DNA from: Ostreococcus lucimarinus
Lineage: Eukaryota
Reading direction: 5' to 3' (one strand)
Length of the DNA: 64,000 bases
Assembly (NCBI GenBank): GCA_000092065.1
Contig: CP000584.1
This document shows, in pieces, positions 9,277 through 18,322 of this stretch. Position 1 is the first letter of the stretch; each line of letters begins with the position of its first letter. Below the pieces are notes generated by a model that was not told the DNA's origin, did not search any database, and worked only from the letters and a program-made list of their open reading frames with translations. A program made the translations under genes and the position numbers.

Positions 9277-9344
9277 AAAATCTGTCCCGCGACCCACTGT
9301 GCTGCGCTCCGCCTCCGCCATCTTCAAACTGCGACACCGACGCC

Positions 9345-10034
9345 ATGGCCTCCGCGACGAACACGCAGTACGTCTGGTACGGCTCGTTCGGTAGCAACCT
9401 CAACAGCGAGAGATTCGCGTGTTATTTAAGAGGTGGCAAAGTCGCAGGAATGTCCATTCAACAACCTGGCGCACGAGACACGCACGTCCCTTTTCGAATT
9501 CCGCCGACGAGCGATTGCCCGACGGCCAGCATGGTCGTGCCACATCGAATGTTCTTCGCCAAGGTATCGCCGTGGTGGAGCAACGGTGGAGTCGCGTTCT
9601 TGGACTGCGAAAAAAAGGAAGAAAACGAGGAGCTTCACACCCACCTGCGTTTGTGGCGGATTTCGTTAGAGCAATTCTCTGACGTTTTCGCGCAGGAGAA
9701 CGGTTTACATCCTGCCGAATTCCACGAAAGATTTACCAAGGAAGAGGTTTTAGCCATGGCTGAGCGAGGAGGTGGAGATCATCGGATCGGCAACGGATCG
9801 TGGTACGGTTACGTCAAGGCACTCGGCGCGTTCACAGAGGCCGGCGCTGTGGAGCCAATACTAACGTTTACTTTGCCGCCTGTTGAACTGGAAGCGATCA
9901 GAAGTGGCGTTGTGGATGAAGTTAATCCGCCGAGTATGGGGTATCACGACGTTATCGCTCGAGGTCTCGTTGAGTTGGGCCTAGAGGCGACGGAGGCCGA
10001 TGCGTACTTGCGAGCAAGATACTCTCTGCGTTGA
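9345..10034 (+). CDS. AIG2/gamma-glutamyl-cyclotransferase-like fold protein (tentative)
   Basis: First ATG (MASATNTQYVWYGSFGSNLNSERF) is at 9345. The ORF listed from 9147 overlaps the upstream gene and is unlikely to be real. The YGS(F)GSNL motif resembles the GGCT/AIG2-like signature YGSNL. Otherwise the assignment is weak. Confidence 0.3.
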   Translation: MASATNTQYVWYGSFGSNLNSERFACYLRGGKVAGMSIQQPGARDTHVPFRIPPTSDCPTASMVVPHRMFFAKVSPWWSNGGVAFLDCEKKEENEELHTHLRLWRISLEQFSDVFAQENGLHPAEFHERFTKEEVLAMAERGGGDHRIGNGSWYGYVKALGAFTEAGAVEPILTFTLPPVELEAIRSGVVDEVNPPSMGYHDVIARGLVELGLEATEADAYLRARYSLR

Positions 10035-10169
10035 CGGGAGGACGTTTATATTCTAGCCCGCACGGACACGCTGGTGGAGACCCGAACGAGCTGCTAGCTG
10101 TGGTAGAATGAATTTCAAGAATGATGTATTGAACAGAATAGCTCTTTCCTAATGCGCGCACGCTGCCAA

Positions 10170-13100
10170 TTACTTGCCCATTTGAGCCGCGACTTCAGCG
10201 GCGAAGTCTTCGTTGCGCTTTTCGATGCCTTCACCGAGGTTGAAGCGTTCAAAGCGACGGATGGAGATCTTCTCACCAATCTCCGCGGTCGCAGTCTTCA
10301 CGAGATCTTCGACGGTCACGTCCGTGTTCTTGATGAAATCCTTGGTGATGAGCGCCTTCTCGTTCACCAACTTTTCGATGCGGCCGTTGACGATCTTTTC
10401 GCGAATGTTCTCCGGCTTGGACAAGAGGTCCTCCTTCTGCATCTCGATGTCGCGTTCGCGCGCAACCATTTCTTGGTCGGCGTCGGACGGGCTGATGTAC
10501 TCAACTTCCGGGCACGCAGCGACTTGCATGGCGAGATCTTGCGCGAGCTCCTTGAATCTGTCACCGCGAGCGACAAAGTCGGTCTCGCAGTTGAGCTCGA
10601 GCAAGACGCCGATGCGCGAGCCCGCATGGATGTAAGAGACGACGGCGCCCTCGGCGGCGATGCGGCTCGCCTTCTTGTCCGCAGACGCCATACCCTTCTT
10701 GCGCAACCACGCCGTGGCTTCCTCGACGCTGTTGTTGTTCTGCGCGAGCGCCTTCTTGCAATCCATCATACCGCAGCCGGTGGAGTCGCGAAGCTGCTTC
10801 ACGAGCTTGGCGTCAACCTTGACAGACGGCGCGTCTTCTTCCTTCTTCTCCTCTTTCTTTTCTTCTTTCGGTTCCGCAGCCGGAGCGGCAGCCTTCACTT
10901 GCGTTTGCGCGGCAACTTCAGCGGCGAAGTCGTCAACACGCTTCTCGATGCCTTCACCGAGGTTGAAGCGCGCGAAGCGACGGATGGAGATCTTCTCACC
11001 AATCTCCGCGGTCGCAGTCTTCACGAGATCTTCGACGGTCACGTCCGTGTTCTTGATGAAATCCTTGGTGATGAGCGCCTTCTCGTTCACCAACTTTTCG
11101 ATGCGGCCGTTGACGATCTTTTCGCGAATGTTCTCCGGCTTGGACAAGAGGTCCTCCTTCTGCATCTCGATGTCGCGTTCGCGCGCAACCATTTCTTGGT
11201 CGGCGTCGGACGGGCTGATGTACTCAACTTCCGGGCACGCAGCGACTTGCATGGCGAGATCTTGCGCGAGCTCCTTGAATCTGTCACCGCGAGCGACAAA
11301 GTCGGTCTCGCAGTTGAGCTCGAGCAAGACGCCGATGCGCGAGCCCGCGTGGATGTAAGAGACGACGGCGCCCTCGGCGGCGATGCGGCTCGCCTTCTTG
11401 TCCGCAGACGCCATACCCTTCTTGCGCAACCACGCCGTGGCTTCGGCGATGTCACCGTTGTTTTCTTGAAGCGCCTTCTTGCAATCCATCATACCGCAGC
11501 CGGTGGAGTCGCGAAGCTGCTTCACCGTGGCGGCGGAGATGCCGCCAGCGGCGGCGGCGGCGGGCTTCTTTTCTTCAACCGGAGCCGCGGCGGCGACGGC
11601 AGCCGGAGCGGCGGGAGCCGGAGCAGCCTGTAGATTTAAAGTAGGTGAGTAAAAGGGTTCCAAAATAAATAGCACTAGGTTATTACAACGGCGGATGAGA
11701 TAACTCAAGCCGCGACGTTGCTTATGAACTCACCTCTTTCGGAGCCTCAGCAGCGGGAGCGGCAGCCGGGGCGGAAGAGCCGGCCGGAAACATGTCCGCG
11801 GAGATACCCTTGCTCTTGAGCGCAAACTCCATCGCACTTACGGCACCGTCGAAAGCAGCGGACGCTTCAGCGTTCATTTCAGACAACTGCGTGAATCAAA
11901 GCGAAAGGGCGACGAATGGTCAGTTTCTCAACGCGGCGCGCTCTTCAAAAATAATCAGAAAGTGATACGACTCGAGAAAAACATGATTCGAGCGGTGGTG
12001 ACGCAATCGAACGAATACGTACATCGAGCTTTTCCTTCATGGAAAGCTTGACCTTGGCGCCATCGATGCCAATGATGGTGACGGTGACCTTTTCGCCAAC
12101 CTTGCAGAAGTCTTCAACCTTGACGTTGAAGTCGTCAGAGAGCTCGGTGACGTGCACCAAACCTTCGACACCCTCGGCAACTTGAACGAAAGCACCGAAT
12201 GGTTGAATGGACATGACTTCGCCCTCAACCTTCGTGCCCTTCTTCAAGCCCTTCACCGCTTGTGCCTTGGCGTCTTGAGCCTTTTTGTATTCTTGTCGCG
12301 CCGCAAACTTGGCTTCTTGCTCAGACTTGGCAGCCGCGAGCTCTTCCTCCGTCGGCGGCTTCTTCATCGTCAAAGAAATCTTGTTTTCCTTGATTTCCTT
12401 GATCCAAACCTTGACTTCTTGGTCTTCAGACACGACAGACGCGACGCTTTCGACGAAGCCATCTTGAAGTTCGGAGATGTGCACCAAGCCGTCGTTCTTG
12501 GCGCCGAAGTCCACAAAGCAACCGTAGTCTTGGATGCGCTTCACCTTACCGGAAAACTCGGCGCCGACAACCACCGCGGAATCTTCGACGGTGACGTTCT
12601 TGCGCGGGAATCGACGGCGTGGCTTCTTGTCCGAGTCCCCGACGGCGGATTCGGCGCCGGTGGCGGGTTCGCTCACGGCGGCGACAACGCCCGAGCGTCG
12701 CGCGACGACGACGCACGTTTGGGATCTGTTTCGCACGCCACGTTTTACCGTCAGTCGGTGTTTCGCGTTTTCGAAAATAATCGTCGTCGTCCAGTCGATC
12801 GACGCTCGCGCGCGAGGACGCTCCAAAGTCTCGCGCCCGTCGTCCTCGCTCTGGATAAAATGCACAGGGTCTCGACTGGGGTCAAAAGCGAGCCGCGCAT
12901 TCGACGCACCTCGACGACACGCGAGCGGCGTGCGCGGAAACGATCGAGCGAGCGGCGAACTATTCGAAAGAAATGATTCGTCTTCACGGTCAGTCCATCG
13001 CTCGCGCGCGTTCACCCGCGCGCGCTTCGCTTCGCGTCGGCGCCGTCCCGCCGCCGGATGACGTCGCGATAAGCCTCCGCCGTCGGTCGGGGTCGCCGTC

Positions 13101-13198
13101 GCCGTCCGCGCGGCGCGCGCCGTCCGCGCGGCGCGCGCGTCGCGAGCGCATCGAAAAATTAATCTACGCACCGCCGCGCTGCTTGAAGAGGTAGCCAT
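10170..13198 (-). CDS. PETs: Chloroplast PETs polyprotein gene: PSRP-7 (two S1 domains) fused to tandem duplicated EF-Ts. Three exons: complement 12023..13198, 11734..11886 and 10170..11627.
   Basis: S1 motifs: [21 protein letters not shown]...GLVHISEL and [20 protein letters not shown]...GLVHVTEL. Two EF-Ts units: [19 protein letters not shown]...[13 protein letters not shown] twice. The first ATG of the S1 ORF ([12 protein letters not shown], transit-peptide-like) was verified at 13196-13198. Both introns were inferred by hand and keep a single frame: GTACGT...CACGCAG and GTGAGT...TCTACAG. PSRP-7 and EF-Ts encoded as one polyprotein is established for Chlamydomonas and plants. Confidence 0.65.
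10190..11370. repeat. Intragenic direct duplication. Two copies of about 450 nt, offset by 717 bp, nearly identical in DNA, each encoding an EF-Ts module.
   Basis: The antisense ORFs 10213..10635 and 10930..11358 translate to identical peptides. The two EF-Ts protein copies are identical over about 170 aa. Confidence 0.85.
11628..11733 (-). other. Intron, 106 nt (gtgagttcat...atctacag), joining the linker exon to the EF-Ts exon of PETs
   Basis: Seen: canonical GTGAGT donor and pyrimidine-rich CAG acceptor. Locally AT-rich. Splicing restores a continuous frame into the EF-Ts ORF. Confidence 0.55.
11887..12022 (-). other. Intron, 136 nt (gtacgtattcg...ttgattcacgcag), between the S1-domain exon and the linker exon of PETs
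   Basis: Seen: GTACGT donor directly after the ...KEKLD codons, CACGCAG acceptor. The 153-nt middle exon (LSEMNAEAS...APKE) stays in frame. Inferred, not experimentally supported. Confidence 0.45.
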
Positions 13199-13488
13199 GA
13201 TCGCGTCGTGTACGAACGCGTCGGCGAATGACGCGCGTGCGGTGCGGTTCGCGGTTCGGTACGGCCTGACGGTCGTCCGGGTGTGCGCGGTGAAAAAAAC
13301 CACACCAACTGGGGGGGGGGTCGGTGGCGGGTGCGAACTCGCCATCGAGACACACGCCACCAGACGTGTTCGACGGGCGCCGGACGACGGACGACGGAGT
13401 TTTGCGGCAGCGTGCGCGTGCGCGCCGGCACACGGCGACGAACGACGCGCGCGTTCCGTGCGCGAAGACGGGAAGCGATCGAAACGCG

Positions 13489-14148
13489 ATGGTTCTCGCG
13501 CGCGCGCTCGAACGCGGATTCGCGAGCGCGACATCGGCGCGACGCGGTGACGCCGACGCGGACGGCGTCGACGTCGTCGACCGCGCGCGACGGGCGGTGT
13601 GCGAACTGAACGAAGCCGCGCGTGCGGGCGCGCGCGAGCTCGCCACGGCCACGGCTGCGTTTGTGGCGGTGAAAGCCGCGAGCGTTCGCGGTGGCGACGG
13701 ACGCGGGACGCGGGTGATTCGAGGACGCGCGCGCTGCGACGCGAACGTCGTGCGGTGCGACCCACGATTGCGAGGTAAATTTCTCGCAGCCATGATACCT
13801 GGGGACAGCGCCGTGGAAAGCGTGATCACGAGCGGTATCTTCTCCACGCTGAACATTTACAACACACTGATCATCGGTCGATTGATCTTGACGTGGTTCC
13901 CGAACCCGCCGAGGCAGATCATGTATCCTCTCGCGACGATTTGCGACCCGTACTTGAACTTGTTCAGAGGGATCATCCCGCCGTTGGGCGGGATCGACTT
14001 GTCACCGATTCTCGCATTCACCGTGCTCAACGTGTTCCAAGGCACCGCCGCCGCGTTGCCGTGCGAATACGACGAAGCCACGGGCGAGGTGCGCATGCCC
14101 GAAAAGCGAAGCCGCGCAAAGAAGGACGTCAAGATTTCGCGCAAGTGA
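13489..14148 (+). CDS. YGGT-family (Ycf19/YlmG-like) membrane protein with a predicted transit peptide
   Basis: ATG verified at 13489 (MVLARALERGF). An alternative ATG lies at 13792. The C-terminal region RLILTWFPNPP...DPYLNLFRGIIPPLGGIDLSPILAF matches the YGGT signature (W.P......DP.L...R...P..GG.D.SP). TGTAA at 14214. Confidence 0.5.
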   Translation: MVLARALERGFASATSARRGDADADGVDVVDRARRAVCELNEAARAGARELATATAAFVAVKAASVRGGDGRGTRVIRGRARCDANVVRCDPRLRGKFLAAMIPGDSAVESVITSGIFSTLNIYNTLIIGRLILTWFPNPPRQIMYPLATICDPYLNLFRGIIPPLGGIDLSPILAFTVLNVFQGTAAALPCEYDEATGEVRMPEKRSRAKKDVKISRK

Positions 14149-14301
14149 GCGCATAGAACGAACTTGCAGCGCGTAGATGGTGCATAGATCGCTAATATCT
14201 CGTGTGTAATATAGTACAAGTGGGTTTCTCTAACAGCAAACCGCGGGCATCTATTGATGTGATGTATGTGTCTCTACGTCGGCGGGCGCGTTTCCTCCTT
14301 T

Positions 14302-15183
14302 TCATTTTCGCGGATAATCGTCGAACCATTTGTGTTGCATCGCGTGCTTGGCGCTGATCCGCTTTTCCGGTGTGTATTGCAGCATTTGACGCAATAGGTC
14401 CACACCGTCCTCGTCTAGTGCCGGGCACAGCGACTCCCAAGGTTTCGCGGGCCACTGCGGAAAGTTTGGCTGATAATCGGGAAGTTCTTGGGCCTCGGGC
14501 CACAGAGTCTCGTTCGGAGTGCCCAAAATTTTGAAAATCTTGAACAGCTCGTCGATTTCAGAATCTCCCGGAAACAATGGTTTGCCGTTGATCATTTCGG
14601 CGAATATGCATCCAATGCTCCACACGTCGACCGGCGTGGAGTAGTGACGCACGCCGAGGAGGATCTCCGGCGCTCGGTACCACAGCGTCACCACTTCGTG
14701 CGTGTACGCACGCACGGGAATCCCAAACGCGCGAGCCAAACCAAAGTCGGCAAGTTTTAAAACGTTGTGTGTCGTGTCAATCAACAAGTTCTGCGGCTTC
14801 AAGTCGCGATGTAAGACTCGGTGCGAGTGACAAAACGCGATGCCTGCGCATATCTGATACACATATCCTTTCACCACCATTCGATCGTTTGAGATGTGAG
14901 GCGAGGAGTCCATGTGTTTTTTAAGATCCAAATCTAAGTACTCAAACACCAAGTATAACTTCGTCTCCTCGTGAATCACCTCGAGCAACGACACCACGTT
15001 TTCGTGTCGAAGCTCTTTCAGGAGGGAGATCTCTCGAATCGCCGTCGACGGCACCCCTTCTTCGTCTTGGTCGAGTCGTATGCGTTTCAACGCCACCATG
15101 GTGTCGTCGCGCAAATTCTTCGCCTTGTACACCACACCATACGTCCCTTCACCAATCTTCAAAACCTTTTCGTAGTTCTCCAT
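14302..15183 (-). CDS. CDKA: Cyclin-dependent kinase A (CDC2 homolog) with a canonical PSTAIRE helix
   Basis: ATG verified at 15181-15183 ([21 protein letters not shown]). [33 protein letters not shown] and WYRAPE are all present. Length is 293 aa. The ORF listed from 15384 is upstream extension, likely UTR. Confidence 0.85.
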   Translation of the reverse strand: MENYEKVLKIGEGTYGVVYKAKNLRDDTMVALKRIRLDQDEEGVPSTAIREISLLKELRHENVVSLLEVIHEETKLYLVFEYLDLDLKKHMDSSPHISNDRMVVKGYVYQICAGIAFCHSHRVLHRDLKPQNLLIDTTHNVLKLADFGLARAFGIPVRAYTHEVVTLWYRAPEILLGVRHYSTPVDVWSIGCIFAEMINGKPLFPGDSEIDELFKIFKILGTPNETLWPEAQELPDYQPNFPQWPAKPWESLCPALDEDGVDLLRQMLQYTPEKRISAKHAMQHKWFDDYPRK

Positions 15184-15530
15184 GAAGACGAAGACGGCGA
15201 CGACTCGATGCGAAGGCGAACGATGTCTCCGGAACGACGACGACGCGCTTCTGTCGGACGTTTGCGACGAAGACGACGACGAAGACGACGCACGATTCAC
15301 GTTGAACACCGAACCGCTCTCGCCGTCCTCGCTCGATCGCCGGCGGTCGACGACGCGCGCGGTTGTGCCGCGCTTCGTCTCCATCGACCAGAGGAATCAG
15401 CAATAGCCCGTCGGCCTGACGTCGGCGCGCGCAAACGCAAACGCCTTGGGGTCTAGACGATTTCGTGACATTAAAAGCAATTGATAGTGGAGTACTCGAT
15501 AAGCAGTCGTGCGTCGTTACGGCTATGAAT

Positions 15531-16868
15531 CTACTCGTCCAGCGAGCGGTGCGATCGAGCGCCGTCATGCTCCGGTCGCGAGACGACATCATTCTTCAAT
15601 AGGGACATCTTGAGCAGCGCGGCGCGAGTTTCTGTCTCAAAACGCTCGCCATCGGCGATGACTTGCTCAACGACCTTTACTCGAGGGTTTTCCTTTAGGG
15701 CGTGCAAGGTACATTCGCTCGCATCGATTTTGGCTCGAATTTTATCCTCCTCGATCAAACGCGCGAGCTCGTCTTGCACTTTTTCTGCCGTGGTGTTGAA
15801 CGCCTGTGCCATCACGCACAAGTCCACCGTGACGTATGGTTCGACGTACTGGATGAGAGCTCGATCCCGTATGCGCTTGTACAGCGCGTCGATGTGCGCA
15901 CCGAGATGAATGTCCAAGGTGAGCGCTTCGCGCATGCCATCTAGCGTGGCGAAGCACGACGTGTACTTCGAGTTGTAAAAATCATTCACCACCTCTCGAA
16001 TGTCTGATGCCGTCTCTAAGTGAGCGCGAAACGCTCCTTTCTGATTGTTCAAAACTAAATCGCGCAGCTCTTCTCGGTTAAAGCTCGCGAGCGCGCACAA
16101 CGTCCCGTACGTCGCCACATCCCTCGCCGCGCACACGTTGGCGTAATGAGTTCCTATCTCGACGTTTATTTCTGTAAACTTGATCGCCGCCTCTCGAAAT
16201 CTTCCCATTCGAAGCGCTGCTATTCCACAAGCGCACGCCAATTTGGCTTGATCGGTACGCACGCTGGCGTCTTCGTCCATGTTTTGCAGAGCTGCCGTGG
16301 CTTTGTTCGCGTGCACGTTGACGTGCGCAAAGTTTCCCATTTCGAGCGACACCGACACGACGCTCAGACACATGAACACGACGTGCTTGGGCGTGGAGCA
16401 GTAATCCCGCGTTCTCATGTAACACTCCAACGCCTTTTTCAACTCACCTCGATCGTAATAGTGATCGCCGAGCTCTACGTACTGCATGCGTAGGTTCTCC
16501 TTGACGCGCTCCGTCAACAAGTCCGTGAGCCCAGTTTCGAGTTTGTCCAATTCCCCGTCCGCGCGTCTCGCGTTTTCTTCCAACCACGCCTTGGTGAACC
16601 CGACGACGCTTGCGTCCACCTCGCGCTTCTTCGCGATCGCCATCGCTCGCTCGTACGCGCACCCATTCGACGTCGTCGGCTTCAAACTAAACGCATCGAC
16701 CCGGCCCTCGAGCGCGCGCTTGGCGTGACGCAGCGCCTCGGTGACGACGCCGACGTCGCGCGCGTGATCGGCGACGTAGAGCAAGCGATCGACGATGGCG
16801 TTTCCGGTGTACTGAGAGAAAATACCATCGAAATCGATCGCGGGCGCCGTCGAGGACGTCGCCGCCAT
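15531..16868 (-). CDS. CSN1: COP9 signalosome subunit 1 (CSN1/GPS1-like; PCI domain)
   Basis: ATG verified at 16866-16868. IDFDGIFSQYTGNAIVDRLLYVADH and ELGDHYYDRGELKKALECYMRTRDYCSTPKHVVFMCLSVV match the conserved CSN1 N-terminal and TPR-like region. The C-terminal region is PCI-like. Confidence 0.6.
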   Translation of the reverse strand: MAATSSTAPAIDFDGIFSQYTGNAIVDRLLYVADHARDVGVVTEALRHAKRALEGRVDAFSLKPTTSNGCAYERAMAIAKKREVDASVVGFTKAWLEENARRADGELDKLETGLTDLLTERVKENLRMQYVELGDHYYDRGELKKALECYMRTRDYCSTPKHVVFMCLSVVSVSLEMGNFAHVNVHANKATAALQNMDEDASVRTDQAKLACACGIAALRMGRFREAAIKFTEINVEIGTHYANVCAARDVATYGTLCALASFNREELRDLVLNNQKGAFRAHLETASDIREVVNDFYNSKYTSCFATLDGMREALTLDIHLGAHIDALYKRIRDRALIQYVEPYVTVDLCVMAQAFNTTAEKVQDELARLIEEDKIRAKIDASECTLHALKENPRVKVVEQVIADGERFETETRAALLKMSLLKNDVVSRPEHDGARSHRSLDE

Positions 16869-17050
16869 GACGCTCTGCGCGAGGCGACGACGAGTGCGGT
16901 AGTTGAAGTTGGACGCGGCGGCGCGAGTGTCGCGACTGCGTATTAAAATGTGATTATGTGTGTTCAACGAGCGCGAGCGACGCCGAGCCGCCGTGCGACG
17001 CTTTCATCGCCCAGACGGTGCACGCCGTGTGTGCGAGGGTGCGCGGAGAA

Positions 17051-17614
17051 TTATTGCTCGCGCTTGGCGCGCGCCTCGGCGGCGACGCGCGCCGCCCACG
17101 AGCGCGTGTCTTCGTCCACGTTGGCCCTCTTCAACCCGGTGGCTTTGTAGTTGCGGGACATGATCAAACCGACGGACGACGAGTTGGTCGTCATCGCCGC
17201 TTCGGCTTGCGCGGAGGTCGTTTCCGCGGTGTCGAGCCAGCCGCGCATGGAGCTCCCCCAGGATTCGTCGCGAACGCCCTTGAGCACGGTGTACGTCGTG
17301 GCGAGCACAACGTCGCCGACGTTAACCTTACCCTTCGCGTTTCCTCCCGGGCGAATCGTTTTCACCCGAGGTCGATCGTCCGGGCCGGCTTCGAGGAGCA
17401 AACCGAGTTGGATGTTTGACTGCGAGCAGTCGAGCTCAACCTTGTACGTATCCGCGTCGAGCGGGTACTTCGCGAGCATGTCGCCCTCGTTGTGCTCGGT
17501 GAACGCGCGCGTGACGGTGGACGCGCGACGAGTCGTGCTCGTGCCCGAGCGTCGGAGCGCGCGCGTGGCGTTGGCTCGAGTGCACGAGACTTGGGTAGCG
17601 TTGGCGGTGTACAT
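17051..17614 (-). CDS. Small PDZ-domain protein with a transit-peptide-like N-terminus
   Basis: ATG verified at 17612-17614. The core ...KVELDCSQSNIQLGLLLEAGPDDRPRVKTIRPGGNAKGKVNVGDVVLATT... has a PDZ-like GLGF-type loop and beta strands. Good codon bias. Confidence 0.4.
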   Translation of the reverse strand: MYTANATQVSCTRANATRALRRSGTSTTRRASTVTRAFTEHNEGDMLAKYPLDADTYKVELDCSQSNIQLGLLLEAGPDDRPRVKTIRPGGNAKGKVNVGDVVLATTYTVLKGVRDESWGSSMRGWLDTAETTSAQAEAAMTTNSSSVGLIMSRNYKATGLKRANVDEDTRSWAARVAAEARAKREQ

Positions 17615-18322
17615 GAATGCAAGCGGTTGCGCGCGGAAAACGTGAAGTGAAAGCTGCGCGCGAGAGGGGTGGATTCTTCGTCAGTCCCAGCGCTCGCGCT
17701 TCGCTCCGTACCGCGCCGCGCGCGCGCGCGCGCGTCCAAGCGTCCCGCCCTCGCGAACGACCTCGTCTCGTTCGATCGTTCGAGCCTTTCTCACGCTCCA
17801 CGGCGCGCGCGCGTCGACCGCACGCCGCGCGATCGTCTCGATCGCGCGCGCGTCGCGAGGCGCCCAGCTTTTCCTTCGCCTCGACCGAACGCGACGCGCG
17901 CGAAGCGATGGTCGACGACGCGTCGCGCGCACGCGAGTCGTTCAGATCGTGCGCGCGCCTCCACTCCCCGACTCGCTCGACGACGCACCTCGACGCGTTC
18001 GCGACGACGTGTGCGGACGCGCGCGCGCGCATTGGATGGACGGATAAAATAACCAACCACCGACGTGGATGGGTCGTTATTTTATCCGAAATGTCCGAAT
18101 GTACGTATATTACTACTTTTACATCGATGTATGTGTATTTATGACTCGTCAACCCAACGCTGACGCGACGCGACGCGATCGCCCCAGGGGGGCCTGGCGG
18201 CGCGACGACGTCGACGGCTAACGCACAACTCCCGATCGGGTATTATGAAAGAGAAGAGATGCTCCGACGTGCGATGATGGAGTAGAAAAGAACTAGTATT
18301 GTTGAGTAAAAGCGTGATACAA

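Noticed and set aside
9147-9344. The 5' part of ORF 9147..10034, which overlaps the 3' end of the PSB33-like gene
   Set aside because: This part of the ORF is a Cys/Pro/Arg-rich low-complexity translation overlapping the upstream gene. The first ATG followed by conserved sequence is at 9345, and that was used as the start.
13768-13794. An apparent mini-intron gtaaatttctcgcag just before the ATG at 13792 in the YGGT gene
   Set aside because: At 15 nt it is far too short to be a spliceosomal intron. The GT...CAG context is coincidental.
15184-15384. N-terminal extension of the CDKA ORF (METKRGTT...SSSSSSS...)
   Set aside because: CDKA proteins start at MENYEKV just before the GEGTYG loop. The Ser-rich extension is most likely 5' UTR read through because of the GC-rich lack of stops.
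18050-18130. AT-rich block (ttattttatccgaaatgtccgaatgtacgtatattactacttttacatcgatgtatgtg) as a possible mobile-element remnant
   Set aside because: It lies exactly where the 3' UTR and poly(A) region of the minus-strand GT25-like gene is expected, including a minus-strand TGTAA. There are no terminal repeats or transposon ORFs.
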